Assembly: GCF_001194135.2 (NCBI RefSeq)
Contig: NC_068982.1
Coordinates: forward strand, 153,898,078-153,955,976
Reading direction: 5' to 3'
Origin: Octopus bimaculoides
Lineage: Eukaryota
Length of the DNA: 57,899 nucleotides
Both the position numbers and the translations under genes were made by a program. The notes under the pieces are model-generated. The model did no database searches. It had not been told where the DNA came from and saw nothing but the letters and a program-made list of their open reading frames with translations. This document shows positions 11,340-24,820 of this stretch, piece after piece; the stretch's first letter is position 1; every line of letters starts with the position of its first letter.

Positions 11340-12330
11340 CATCCGAAGGTGCTAGATAGCAGTAGCTTGAGACAACAGATACATCAAAAGCGCTTGAGAG
11401 AGTATGACATGTCTTTCCACAAGCTTGAAACTCAAATGGAGTTTCTAGAATGATCATCAGGATCTTTTTTAGATGATCGTAGCATTAATGATGTTTTACA
11501 TGGCTTCATTCTTCTACTTACACTATCTTACTTTGAGTTTCTCAAATGTCTAGTCTTGGTTGTTAATGATCCTCCGGAAGATATCATATCTAACCTTACT
11601 GATAACACTTCTTTGTACTCTTGCTTAAATAAGAGGTTTGATTTGTATGACCGAGTGGAAGTGACTGGTTCTCTTGAGCGTCAGCTGCATTTAATGATTG
11701 AGTGGTTGACTACTTTTAACTCGGCGAAAACTATACTTCTTTCCTTTGAGCTTTACAGGAAAACTGAAAGTTTTCCTGGGCCTTCTAATCTTCACTTTTT
11801 AGGCTTAACTTTTTCTAATGATGTTACTTGGAATGAATGTATTAGATCTATTGATTTAGTATCCGCTATGAAAGTTGGGGGTCTATATATGACCCATTAT
11901 CTTTCCTTGAGCATAATCTTCATCTTGATAAGTCGTTTAATCGTCTCTGCATGAAATACTCTTGTCAAAACTAGATTAGTACTTCAGCTGGAGTATTTTC
12001 ACTCTGTGAATGAGTTCAAAACCGAGTTTCTAACATTGTTAATCACATTTTAGCAGCTAAATTTCAATGCTGTCTCTTATAGCCAGACACTGCTTCTTTA
12101 TCACTCTTCTATAAATATTCTTTATGATCATTGTTCTGCCGAACTGTCATCTCTTGTTTTTTCTTATTCAGGTTAAAATTGAAAAGTACGTCTTTCTACT
12201 AATTATCATTCTTTGACTATTGTCGTTCCATCTCGCAAAAGAGTTTCTACTAGAATAGAAACTCTTTTCTTTTCTGTTTTTTTTTCTTTTGTTTTTCCTG
12301 ACAGATAGAAACTTGTTCTAAATGTTGTGT
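11340..12330 (+). mobile_element. Decayed CR1-like LINE reverse transcriptase and C-terminal fragment
   Basis: DTSKALERV*H (DxSKAFDRVWH), FLDDRSINDVLHG, VNDPPEDII..DNTSLYSCL..IEWLTTFNSAKT, LGLTFSNDVTW..AMKVG, CMKYSC; many indels. Confidence 0.8.
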
Positions 12331-13449
12331 TGATAGTTTTAAGGTTTATCGGGCAGCTTCTCGTTAGAGTTTTCTTTTATTTTATATATATATATATTCC
12401 GTTTCTCCCAACAAACCAAGTGGTTGCTTGAGGCCTCTTCCTTGACATTTTGTTAGAAGTGACTTTCCATATAGGAAGATATTTTAATACTCTGAAAATT
12501 CTATATCTGGACAATGACAATAATTCTGAGTGACGGTTAAGTAGACAGAAGTAACGAAATATGATTTGATAGGATTCAGAAATACAGAGATGACAAAACG
12601 TTTTATTGGTGATGTAAGATTTTTCAGAGCATAGTATTTCCCAGTGTATATTAAAAGATCTATTATTCGACTGTGTATCTCATACATAATTCGAAAGCGA
12701 CGTGCCTGGTTTCTTATTCTGGTCTCTGAAAGTATAAGTACTGATAAAACACCGATTTAAACGAGTTTGTCATTAATCCGATATAAAATATTACTGACTC
12801 TTTGATTTTTAGGGACCAGTTTTTTGTTGCCGATACAATTATACTTTGGTGTTTAAGAGTTTACTGACAATGCATTTGAAATATATTTGTTATTACTAGC
12901 TCCTTTCTGGGAAACATTTTTATATCATTTTTATTAAAAAGTCTGTTATTATTCACAGAAAAATGTTTAAGGAGGAATTTGAAGAATAGTTTCAATACAT
13001 ATATTAGTACCCCTAAATTAAACGGCTGATTTTGCCACACTTGATATTTTTCTACGGTAAGTTGGTTGAATTATTTTTATAATTATTGTATTTCCGTTTT
13101 CGTATTTCCATTTCTAAGTCAAGTGCTTTGTTATAAGCGGGTGATAAATGTTTGCTCATTAAAAGATAAATTAGTCTTCATGCTTCATATTTTACTGGAT
13201 TCTTGTTTGAATTATTTGGGAATTTAATCATTTATGGGCATCTTATATTTTTTATTCAGCTTTTCGTATAATGAATACTGAAAGATATTAAGGTGAAAAG
13301 AAAGCACTGTACGATTTTTAGGTGGACTTTTACTCTAAAGGAAAAAAATGAAATTTTTAACAAATTATGAATAATTTTATGTATTCTGTGGATTAAAATT
13401 CCATAATAATAAACGACGGTCATCTCTGTAAAACCCTTCAAAAATAGAT

Positions 13450-16400
13450 TGTATAAAATGAATAGAATCCGGTAGCTAAGACGTTTAAAGTTAATAATCT
13501 ACCTAGGATTATGACCAGATTAAATTGTTTGTTAAAGTGAATAAAATTACCACTCAGTTTCCGAGTTTTATAAAAGCGAAAACTTGATCGCTGCATGATC
13601 TAGATAGTGCATCAATAGTTACGTTGACTCATATTTTACAACATTCTCTGGTGACTCGAAATACAAAACGAGGAAATGATAATAGATTATTTTAAAGGCA
13701 AGCAGTGAATTGAAGTAATTCAATGTCTGAGACGGAGACGATACGTTACTTTTATAGTTTCCTTTGGTCTGGAGTACAAATAAAGGAAAGCAATAGTTAT
13801 TTGACATTTAGCATCAAATTCAGGTAAATTTATATCATTATTATTAGAGCTGGAATGTTTAGTGTTATCAGTTATAACGTCGAATTGTCAAGTGGGATCT
13901 TCATAAGAACCAAAAGAGGACAAATCACTTGTTGAGATCATATCAAGTCTTCCTCCAAAGTATTATTTTCTTTTTCATTACATAAGTTATAGCGATTTTA
14001 TTAAAGGACCTATTTTAAATTGACAAATATATTTCTTTAATAGAACAGAATATGTTCGCTATTGTTAACCATTTAAGTAAGAGAGCAAGAATGGATGTCC
14101 CATGATTAAAATGCTTTAGATATACATGAAGAGTTTTGTTGGTTATAGTCAATATTAATGTCAACCGTAAATACGAGGATATTCTAAAATATATTTCCAA
14201 TGAGATTCAGACAATTTACTTATGGAAGTACAACCTCATTACCTTTCAGATAACTCCATAAAATCTCTTACATTGAACGTTACCAACAGAGCCATGATAC
14301 GTAGTCTGCGAATGTAATCTTTTCGATGTAACAAAGAAATGAGAAAAGCTCACAGAATTCGAACTGAATGATACGATCAAATGTACTGTAGATGGATTTC
14401 TAAAAATAGCAAAATTAGAGACATGTTTTCTTAGCAAGGTGCCTGGTGTAACATCTTTGCAGATGTAATCAAAAAGGAATCTTGAAATCTTGTTTATCTA
14501 CAGTCCTGTGAAGTCAATAGAAAGTCATTTAAAGGTCGAGCGGCTTTAATCGTTTGAAAAGAAATCCTTTGTTAAAAGCAAAGTTTGAATTCGCAGAAAT
14601 GTTAACAAGTTGCACATACTCTACGGACATCATCCAATGCGAAGGAGAGGTTGTTTTCGTAAACATTATGGTTTTCTTCTAACTCCTGGATGTCAACTAT
14701 TTTGATGAAGCTAAAATAGTAATTTACAAAATATTATTGCATCATTGACAGAGTATCAACCGGAGAATGGCATTTTAACCTGTTCGGTATGAAATTTTCT
14801 AGTCATAAGCTACAAGTTCGTGTCACCATCTGAATAGTTTATGAGATGAAAAAAATTACCTGCTATTTATGAACCGACTGCACAAAGCATCATCTTCCTT
14901 TTCCACGAAAGAATGGTGTTGCTCACATTTATTAAGTGATCATGAAAAGAATATAAGAGTTATTACATTGTTAATTATATCTAATTGGAGAAACTCAGAC
15001 TGAGTAAGCCAAAAGATAAAAGTGTTAATTTGTAAAAATCATTTGTGTATACTCTGTGCGGAATCTTTTGAAGCCAGGCACAAAAATAGTACAAATGCTT
15101 TTTATTTTTACATTTCTCTTTTCATGATTAAAACATCATGTTTTTTATTCTTTCTTTACACAAACTGATTAAATAAAATATCGAAATAGAATTAATAACA
15201 AAAGAGATAATGTGAATAGAAGCTAATGCGCTAAAACTTGACAAAGAAATTAAGAGAAGCAACTGCAACAAAGTATCAGCATGAGTCTTTGCGGAAGCGT
15301 GAATTTGTAATGTAAAAGTTAAACATTCATCAATAAAAAAAAAAGCTAGGCAAGATCTTCAAATAATGCGTTTCAATAATTCAAAGCAATGAAGGGCTTC
15401 GTTAAGTAGGAACTGGTTTTCAATTAATAGAGGCTGACCAACTTGTAGGTATTTTGATATTCATTTATAATAGTATGGAAATATTCTGTTGATCTTTTGC
15501 GCTTCTTTGGGGTTAGATACTTGTCTCATTTTCATAAAATTGTCGAATCGTTTAATATCTGGCTTTAGTGAACCGTAATATATCTAGTAACACAAACATT
15601 AAATCATTATTAGGACTTATCTTTTTATAATAACCTAGATTTTTATAAATTCAAGGAACTCTTTTAAGTTACAGTCAATTAATCTACAGATGATGTCATT
15701 CAAATATCTAAAGGTATCGGTTAGACAATTGTATGATGTTATATCATCCCCAATTCTTTGAAAAACTGTTACGTGTTGGGGAGTCCAAAAAGAAACTTCT
15801 TGAATTGTTAAAGTTTAGAGTTTGAATAAGATATAGTATATTTTTTACCATGATCATGCAAAAGCATACAAAGTGGTGAACACTCTTCAAGTCAATTTTT
15901 GAGACAAATTTCTATTTTAGTACATTGACTGTTATTCATTCTGCTACATATGTGTCGAGATTAGCAAATTGATTGATGGCTTTAGAAAATCTATAATTAT
16001 ACGTCCTTTGTTTATTCGACTACAACTTGGGCGCGCCAGAAAAAGTGAAATTTTTGAATAATTCCTTCAGTAAGAATCCTTATAATTGTTCTTCGTAATA
16101 TCAGTTCTTTTTCATGCAAAAGATATTTTCACTGAGTTTTAGTGATAAGCCTTATCGACTCAGAAATATATTTGAAAATTCTTCTAAGGTTGATTCTCAT
16201 TTATTTGAACGGACGTAATACTTGAGGGTCTTCCTTTCCTTTGAATACAATTTCAATAGTTTTGTGTCAAAACAAGAAGTCAGTACTGACAATCCTATCT
16301 GAACTGAGATTACGAATTGCCAGCAGTTTTTCATTATCTTTCAGAATAAGAGATAAGATACATTACACACATTTCTTATTCATAGTGACATTAGTAAAGA

Positions 16401-18050
16401 TGCAAGAGAAATAAATATATTACATTTCTCAACAGGGAAAAGTAACAGTAACAATCGACAAATGATGAGTTGATAAAGCTGAAACTTCTACCTCCGTTGA
16501 GAAGAGCACGTAACTTGACATATCTAATCACTATAGAAATAAAAGAGCATAGGAAATGACCAAATTCACCAAATTCTACAGGTTGTTCCATTACAGAAAG
16601 TTATTTTGAAAAGTATCTATTGTAGAATTGAAAATAAAGGAACCTTTTCATACTTAAGAGAAGTATCCTCTCTTGCTACATTTATGGCAAATTGCTTTTC
16701 GTGTAGGGCATTTATTTTGTTGACGCCATTTACTTACGCTGAAACGACAGTTGAAATTTTTAGGATAATTTTCTCGCGTGGAGACTGCATAACTACACAT
16801 TCATCTTGCCTGCTGAAAGAATCCTTGTCATGTAGGATCACTGATGAATGCTGAGTAATTTTGACCACAAACATTGTTGTAAGGTTGTACGTGAACTCGA
16901 GCTTGTATCGAGATGTTTGTAGAGTAAAGTTTTCAAGTCACCTATAGAGACCAATTATGAAATTATTTTCACCCCTATTCTCAAAGGCAGTAACTTTCTT
17001 AAAATTAAAACTTTTGAAAGTTTTTCTAATACGATAAAACAGTCACGCATAGACCGACCTTGTTGTTGATTGTGTCTGGAGAGAAGGACACTTGCAAAAC
17101 TTTAATTTTTGGTTGTTACATAAGCGCTCAAAAGTTTCTACATTATCTAAGGTAGTGCAAGGCGGTGAGCTGGCAGAAACGTTAGCACGTCGGGCGAAAT
17201 GCTTAGCGGTATTTCGCCTGTCTTTATGTTCTGATTTCAAATTCCGCCGAGGTCGACTTTGCCTTTCATCCTTTCGGAGTCGATAAATTAAGTACCAGTT
17301 GCGTACTGGGGTCGATCCAATCGACTGCCCCCCCCCCCGCCTCAAAAATTTCGGGCCTTGTGCCTAGAGTAGAAAAGATTATCTAAGGTGGTGCAATTGG
17401 AGATGATGCTATGCACTGAAACTGAGATAATGCTTGAAACAAAGATAGTTTTAGAGGTTGGATTTTAGATGCGTCTGAGAAATCATGATGAAAATTTCAA
17501 TGATCTTTCTTCGAAGTGTACATTAATCAGGTATTAGTCGATGCTTGGAACAGTGAAAATTTCAGTTAGCTTTCTATGCTTCAATAATTGTTTCCCCAAG
17601 TTGGCAAAATTTATTTGTTCCAATAATTGTTAAGAAGCTACTGAGTAAATTGTTTAGTGAGACGAATAAGATTACGCATCAATATCCAGGTTTATATATA
17701 TATATATATAAGTGGAAACTCATTCATTACATGATACACAGAACAAAATTTGCATCAAGCAGTATTTCAAGACAATCACCTGCATTGATCCCAGCAAACA
17801 ACAATAAAGGACTGGCTTTGTGAGCTTTGAAAACTAGTTAGAATTATCATAAAATTCAATGGATTTTCACGATTGTAGGATAATGTTTATATCAGCATTC
17901 TTTCGGCTGTAGTGAGATTCGCAAAACTACCTACATCCAATGTTTCATCAATCGCATCACTCATATTCATAAAACTCAAGCAACTTAACTAATCAAAGGC
18001 CACCAGCATTAACGAACATAACTATATTCTTAGATCTATTGATACCCTTA
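13450..18050 (+). pseudogene. Possible decayed intronless leucine-rich-repeat-type gene
   Basis: Stop-poor plus-strand stretches with LRR-like phrases (IQTIYLWKYNL, IKSLTL, KLETCFLSK, ALENL*L, RARNLTYLITIEI..GCSITES, AIGDDAM, CFPKLAKFICSNNC); hand translation only. Confidence 0.3.
17161..17377 (+). mobile_element. Young SINE family A copy with 19-bp target-site duplication
   Basis: Intact GGCGGTGAGCTGGCAGAAACGTTAGCAC head; ATTATCTAAGGT(A/G)GTGCAA at 17142-17160 and 17378-17396. Confidence 0.93.
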
Positions 18051-19629
18051 GTTATAAGGGCTGTTTCTAAGAATAGGTTTAATTTTATATAGGATATATT
18101 TGTTATAGGCATTCGTAACAGCCTTAATAATAACACAAATATTTTAAATTATAATTTTTTAACGTCGATTGTATTTTAATTAAATATTTTTTTTTCAATT
18201 AGATATAAAATATGCCACAGAACTTCCCATTATTTAAGCGTTAATATTATTATCTATGAAGTATATCAACCAATATTATCATAAACCATGAATCCACAAA
18301 CACTTTCTGTTTCATGAGAATGAAGGACAAATCAGAATAACGAGACCCCAAAACATAACTGTTATAAAAATATATCTCTAATAAGAATCTTAAATATTTT
18401 AGTAATTTCAGCCATATACAATACACAATACTTTATACTAAACCTATTCCTTAAAACTACGTCATCTTTTTTTTTTTTTTTTCCTTTCTGTCACTTTATA
18501 CTGCCTTTTATTAAACCTTATTTTGTATACTTTAAGCTAAACCAACTACAACCAGCATCCTGTATTCCCACTTCACGTAGCAGTCACCATTCAACGTTTC
18601 ACACTCTTCATTGGCTATAGTAACAGTATTTCATAGCATTTTCAGATTTTATATTGAATTAATAAAATTTTTTTAGTATATTGTGTATGTTTTGTTTATA
18701 TTTGTACCTTAATGCACTACTTGTTCATTGATCTTTTGAAGTCATAAAGACTGCACACGTATGTGAGATTATGTAGTTGTGTGTGTGTGTGTGCGTGTGT
18801 CTGTAGTGTATGTTTAGCTAGATTTACGTTTATCTATTTTTTGAAAGATATGATTGTAAAAGGACATATTTTCCAAATTAATAATATATGCCCATATCAA
18901 TTTATAGCCTATTTTATAAAAATAATTAGACTAACTATAATAAATTACATTCAATAAATTTCTAGAATATAATTTTATTTTTTTTCTATATTTAAACTCA
19001 ATATGCAGTAATTACTCATCGTTAGTACTTAATGTTCACAACAGATAGCATGCTTTTAATAATTAATTTTTACACTCATTTATAAGGCATTATTTTTTTT
19101 TTTAATTTTCATTGTCATTTTTTATTATTTAGTGATCTATTATTTATGTATCTTTCACCAGAAATCTTTTGAAGTCGGTACATAAGAGTTGGCGGACAAA
19201 ATGAAAAGATTAAAATTACAAATACAAAAGGAGGGACATAGAGTCACGTAATAAGTAAATACCGGGCCAAGTATAGCACATCAGACAATCTAAATTGTTT
19301 TTACAGGGGTTTATCTGACGTATGTCACACGTAGCAGAACGTTTCCAAAGCATTCATTAAGTAAATTGAACGTTATTATCCCACATAATTATATTCTGGT
19401 TTACTATACTTGTTTAAAAATTATATTAAATTAAATGAAACACATCTGCCGAATATTAACGATTATTAATTTACTTTTCACTTTGACTCGATGCAGTTTG
19501 TGTCATTTTGTCCGCTATCTTACGTATACTACGTTCGAATGGTCGCTCTTTTGGTGATATACATTATATAGGAATATTAATTATATTCAAATAGTTTAAG
19601 TTCAATGTTTATTTATGGTTAGTTATTTT

Positions 19630-19797
<168 letters not shown>

Positions 19798-22339
19798 ACG
19801 ACATGGAAGAGTAGAAAAAATTGCACAGAAGGATGACAAAGAAACCCACAGAAAATTCATTTACAAAACGTGGGAGTGTTCATCCCGTTATCGACCAAAG
19901 CTCATATCAGTTTTGCGTCATTATCGATACGATGGTAAAGAGAAAAAAGCTGGTAGGATAAGTGAACGAACATAAACAAACGATAAACGACAACAGAATG
20001 CGAACGAAACATAGTGGAAAACGACGCAGGTAGTTGGTACATATATGAACATGTACATAGATATAAAGGCTATGAAACAGCATTAAGAAAAGACAAGAGT
20101 AGAAGTAGCGCGAAAGGAAAAAAGATGCCCTATAGGACTTAAAAAGGAAAGTACAGAGATAGAAAGCTAGTAAAAGTGGGAAGACGGAAGGTCGAGAAGT
20201 GATAAATTACAGAAGATAGAGTATTCTTGAATACGTTATAAATGAAAGTCTTATAATTTTGCAGTACTTCGAGTTTCACGTTTCCGATCCTTCAGCTGAT
20301 AATCAGAGCTTGTTCTCTCTTGCACTGGCTGTTGTTTGAATTTATTTTGAAATATACAAAAGTTATCAAGAAAACACTTATCCACACAGCGAATTAAGTA
20401 CTTTATATTTTATATTGTCTATTAACTAAAACATTACGTTTAATTTATTTACATATATATTAAGCTAAATGACGAAAGTCCCAGTTTTTGCCTCTAATAA
20501 TATACTGAAATTATATTTATCACTGTTGCTTCGTCTTGTAAGCTAATGCGAATAAACTTAAGTAACTTCTGCATTAACCTATTTAATTTCCAACGCATTT
20601 AAGACATTGTCAAATCTAAATTCACCACCTAAAACACACGCTCATACTTAGGCATTTAAGACATAAATTTTCAAACAAATTTCCTCCAATTATATATATT
20701 CTTACATTATTCTCTTAAAATCAATTTTAAACCTGATCATTATATAACCAACTCACACATTCCACTGTTTTTCTTTAACTAAACCATTCCTTTCTTCTCT
20801 GTTTTACGATCACTATAATACACTTTTCGTCAATCACATTTAAATACATTATTTATCCACCCCAAACACGTCATTCATCTCCTCATACATACATACATAT
20901 CTGCACACACTAACGCACATGCATATACATGCATGTATGCATGTATGTATGTATGTACATGTATACACATATGTTGGGGTATGTGCATGTATATGAAAAA
21001 TTATGAAAATCAACAGTCCAATTCATATACTATAACACCTGAATATTTTATAGACAGAAACAAATTTATATGAGAAACATTCCAAAATAAATTGTTAACT
21101 TTCCATGGTATTCGAAACCGCATAAAAAATTGTAGAAGATACGATTTCTAAATTAGGCATTTTAATAACCTCAGTATTCCAACAGGCAGAATTTTCTCTT
21201 TGGCGTCTAAAAGAGAACACTAAGAAAGGATGTGATATAGATAAAGACTTGGAGAGGGTAAAAAGGCAAGAATTGTGAAAAGAGGACTGAGAGGATTTAG
21301 AGAAAGTGAAAGTTAAAGAAAATCGGAATGGTCGACATCATAAACTAAGAACGTTTTTGAACACTTTTATTTTTCTACTGCTCCATAAGAAGACCCAATC
21401 CTTTCAACACCGCTTAAATCTTTGCTGTTATACTCCATGGGTATTCGAACCCAAGACTTTTTCTTCATGTAATATTCCGAGATGATTTTGAGTTTATGCA
21501 TAGGAAAAGAATTCTTAAGAATTACATCTATGAAGACAAACACCGACACGTCTGTGCAGCGGTATATGTATGTATGTGTGTATAAGTGTGTGTGTTGTGT
21601 GTGTGTGTGCGGAGAGAGAGAGGGGGGGAGAGAGAGAGAGAAATACACACACGCATATGTATATTGGTTTCCAATTATCTAAATATATATGAGTGGCATT
21701 TACATCTACTAAACTCATTAATTTATACTTATAACTACATAAAACTCTCATACGCCAACACATAATAATTCTCAAACTGCATTAATGTACTTTAGAATGT
21801 ATAGAATATATTGAACGATAAGATCAAAGCTAACATCAAGTGAGCAGACACTGAGTCTTGCCAACTGGAAGCTGCTGAGGTCAGGAACTCTTACAACATT
21901 TTCAAAGTCAACTGATGATGTTTTGAAACGACAAGAACTGACAGAAGGCTGAAATAATCCCAACGCTGCTAGTGATTGACATTCAATGCCTCAGTCTTGT
22001 TCACACAGGTTAGTCATTACTACATTAGTATGTTTATATATGGTATTGTTGTTGTTTATGAGTTCTAGACCAACTTTGAGTAAGCAGATCTTAGATTAAA
22101 GGCCTTCCGATCATGACTATCTCAAACGGTTTTTCCCCCCTTTCAAAAACATTTTTCTTTTCTTTATGGTCAGCAATATGTGATTAGAGAAAGATTTGAT
22201 GGCAGCATTTTACAGTCAAGCAACTAGATAGAGGTTGTCTGCTTGGATTGTGTTTATAGATAAATTTATTGAGCCACTCTTAAAAATAAATAGGACGTCC
22301 ATATGTTGTCTCTTCTTTGTATGTTTCTTTCTGTCATCT

Positions 22340-22622
22340 GATGCAGTGTTTCTTGCTGTTCTCATAACTATGGGACCAGTGATTCGCAGTCTTTTATTGC
22401 CATAATTTTATTACTAAAAAGTGAAGATTGTGATCATCATTTTACTTAATTTTGAAAATAATGAAAAAATCAATAAAAATCTTTGCCCTTATCAAGCTAA
22501 CGTTTGGAGCATGAATTAACATAAAATTTTGATGGATGGGTTAGGGTTAGATCACTTTAAAACAGGAACTTTGTATCATAGAATGAAGGGTAGTCTTAGG
22601 TGAGTATGCATCAAGAGGGTTA
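22340..22622 (+). mobile_element. Decayed non-autonomous DNA element (MITE-like); related inverted copy at ~51292-51540
   Basis: Ends in AAGAGGGTTAA; internal similarity (TAGTCTTAGGTGAG / CTACCTGAGAGCG; TTTTGAAAATAATGAA / TTCATTATTTTCAAAA) to 51292-51540. Confidence 0.5.
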
Positions 22623-23750
22623 AGGCAGAGTATTCTAGTATAGTATTAGGTCAGATTTAAGATAGTGTGCACTAGTATTAAGGCAGAATGTATAAAAATT
22701 AAAGTAGAGTAAAAATATTGTTATTAAGGCAGATTCTACAAGAGATGAATTAATGTATGCTTGAGCTAAGGGAAAGTATACTAAGATTAGGATTAGAGTA
22801 TAGTAATTTTAAGACAGAGCATATAAGAATTACTGCAGATTATACGACAAGGATCAGGACAGCATGTAAATGGATTACAGAGGGTTATACTAATATTGGA
22901 GGAGAATATACTAGTTACTAGAATTATGACTAGAGAACTGGTATTAAGGCAGAGAGTTCTGGAACAAGTTCAATATATAGTTGTATTACAACAGAGTACA
23001 CTGGGGTTAAGGCAGAGTATACTACAGTTCATGCAGTGTATTATAAAATTATGCAGAATATACTAGTAATAAGACATAGTATACAAGGGTTATGGCAGTA
23101 GATAATAGCATTAAAGCAGAGTACAGTAGGATTAAGGACAACTATATTCAAGGTAAGACAGATTATACTGGAATTAGTCAGAGCATAGTAGGAATTAGGT
23201 TAAGTATACTCAAGTTAAGACAGATTAATTTAGGATTAAGGCAAAGTATACTAAATTAAGGTAGTATGATGCAATGTTAATGAATTTTAAAAAGGATTGA
23301 GGTATTATGACAGCATACACTCATTATGACAGCATACATTAAAGTAGAGTCTATTAGCATTAGAGCAGAATATACTAGCACTAAGGTACAATATACAGAT
23401 CTTCAGCTAGTGATGTAGGATTAAAGGAGACTATAAAAGGATTAGATGAGATTATGTCAGTTGAAGTGTGAAAAGTCCAAGATAAAAGTTAGCTTAAATG
23501 AGTCTTTAGTCTACATTGATATCAATCTAGAGATGTAAAATATATAGCTTGTAAGGAAAATTATAACAGCAATAACATTTAGCAATTACAGCATTGTTAT
23601 TATGCTTTAATTGCATAAAATTATTACACTATGATCAAATTAAAGTGTACCATAATTAAGATAGAAATTACTTGTAGCATGGCAGCATATCCAAATATTA
23701 AGGCAGAGTGTATTAGTATTAAGGAGAATTATATCAGGATTAGGGATAAA
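22620..23750. repeat. Degenerate minisatellite, core ~TACTAGGATTAAGGCAGAGTA (~21 bp)
   Basis: TTAAGGCAGA and close variants recur throughout the interval. Confidence 0.8.
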
Positions 23751-24071
23751 GAATTAAAATATTGAGAAAAGTGCAGAAAATATGAAGGATGAATATTGAT
23801 CAGTAATTGCAATGATTTTAGATAAATTAACAAAATGACAAGATAAGGATTCAGATAGTGAAATTAAACTGAAGAAAAGAGAAGAAATTCTCTTCTTATG
23901 GTTATTTCTATAATTTACAATCAAGAATATTGTTCCATGAAATATAAACAAAAATTGGATAAAATTATATTAAAGTTTCAATATAATTACATAAATAGAC
24001 ACACAGTATTGATATGCTTATAAAAATAGTTATTACAAAAATTATTAATTACATACAGCCATTAATCAATA

Positions 24072-24077
24072 TTTATT
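24072..24077 (-). terminator. Candidate polyadenylation signal AATAAA of the hydrolase gene
   Basis: Plus-strand TTTATT, ~45 nt after the stop codon. Confidence 0.55.
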
Positions 24078-24121
24078 TGCCAAATAACAATTTGAGAACA
24101 ACTAACGGATGAAATTAAATT

Positions 24122-24790
24122 CTATTTGCTAATCAAAGATTCCCACTCAAATTTATCTATTACAGTAACACCAGCTTTTCGCATATCTGACACAGCTCTG
24201 TCAACTGGTGACTCTAGGGGTTCACCCAGGGTCTCGCATTGCCCACAAAAGAAATCCGAAACTCCATTAAGATATTTGTTCATGCAGAGAGAACAGCGTG
24301 GTTTATAATTTTGGTTACGAGCAGCACATAAGTTTAAATCAACAATAAAGTCTGGGGCACCAGATATATTTTTATAATGTTTGACAAGATTACTGGAAGA
24401 GTTACGAATACAGCTTGTTGTCACACATCCTCCAATGACAACAGTTGATATTTGGTTTCTCATTATCATATCCATCCAATTTTTAATGCCATCAGCATCC
24501 ATAATGTTTGTATCTGATTTAATTATACATTTATATTTTCTCTCAGCAACAATTGAATCAATTCCATCATAGAATTGAAAATCAGACTCTCTACCAAATG
24601 GCACCCTAGTGAATAATACTGGTAATTCCGGTGGTAGAACTTTTAAAAGGGATAAGCAGTTATTGAATGAAGACCTAATCTTTGTAATGTCTTGTTCACC
24701 AAAATACCTCATCCATCTTCCAGTGATAAATGAATTCTGTAGATCAATAAGGATGAGTGCTACGTTCTTTACAGACATTGACTGATTCAT
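24122..24790 (-). CDS. Isochorismatase-like cysteine hydrolase, 222 aa, uninterrupted CDS, with a CxxC-x12-CxxC insertion
   Basis: ALILIDLQNSF (D16), CIIKSDTN (K91), TVVIGGCVTTSCIRNS (C127): the D-K-C triad of the cysteine hydrolase superfamily; clean open frame in a repeat-rich region; acceptor TTTTGTTTTATTTGCAG ends at 24798, 8 nt before the ATG at 24790 (second Met at 24778). Confidence 0.9.
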   Translation of the reverse strand: MNQSMSVKNVALILIDLQNSFITGRWMRYFGEQDITKIRSSFNNCLSLLKVLPPELPVLFTRVPFGRESDFQFYDGIDSIVAERKYKCIIKSDTNIMDADGIKNWMDMIMRNQISTVVIGGCVTTSCIRNSSSNLVKHYKNISGAPDFIVDLNLCAARNQNYKPRCSLCMNKYLNGVSDFFCGQCETLGEPLESPVDRAVSDMRKAGVTVIDKFEWESLISK

Positions 24791-24797
24791 GTAGACT

Positions 24798-24820
24798 CTG
24801 CAAATAAAACAAAACAAATT
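24798..24820 (-). other. Splice acceptor (polypyrimidine tract plus CAG) for the hydrolase exon
   Basis: Minus strand AATTTGTTTTGTTTTATTTGCAG|AGTCTACATG. Confidence 0.7.

Noticed and set aside
22538-22550. TTAGGG telomere-like units
   Set aside because: Only two units, inside a MITE-like repeat
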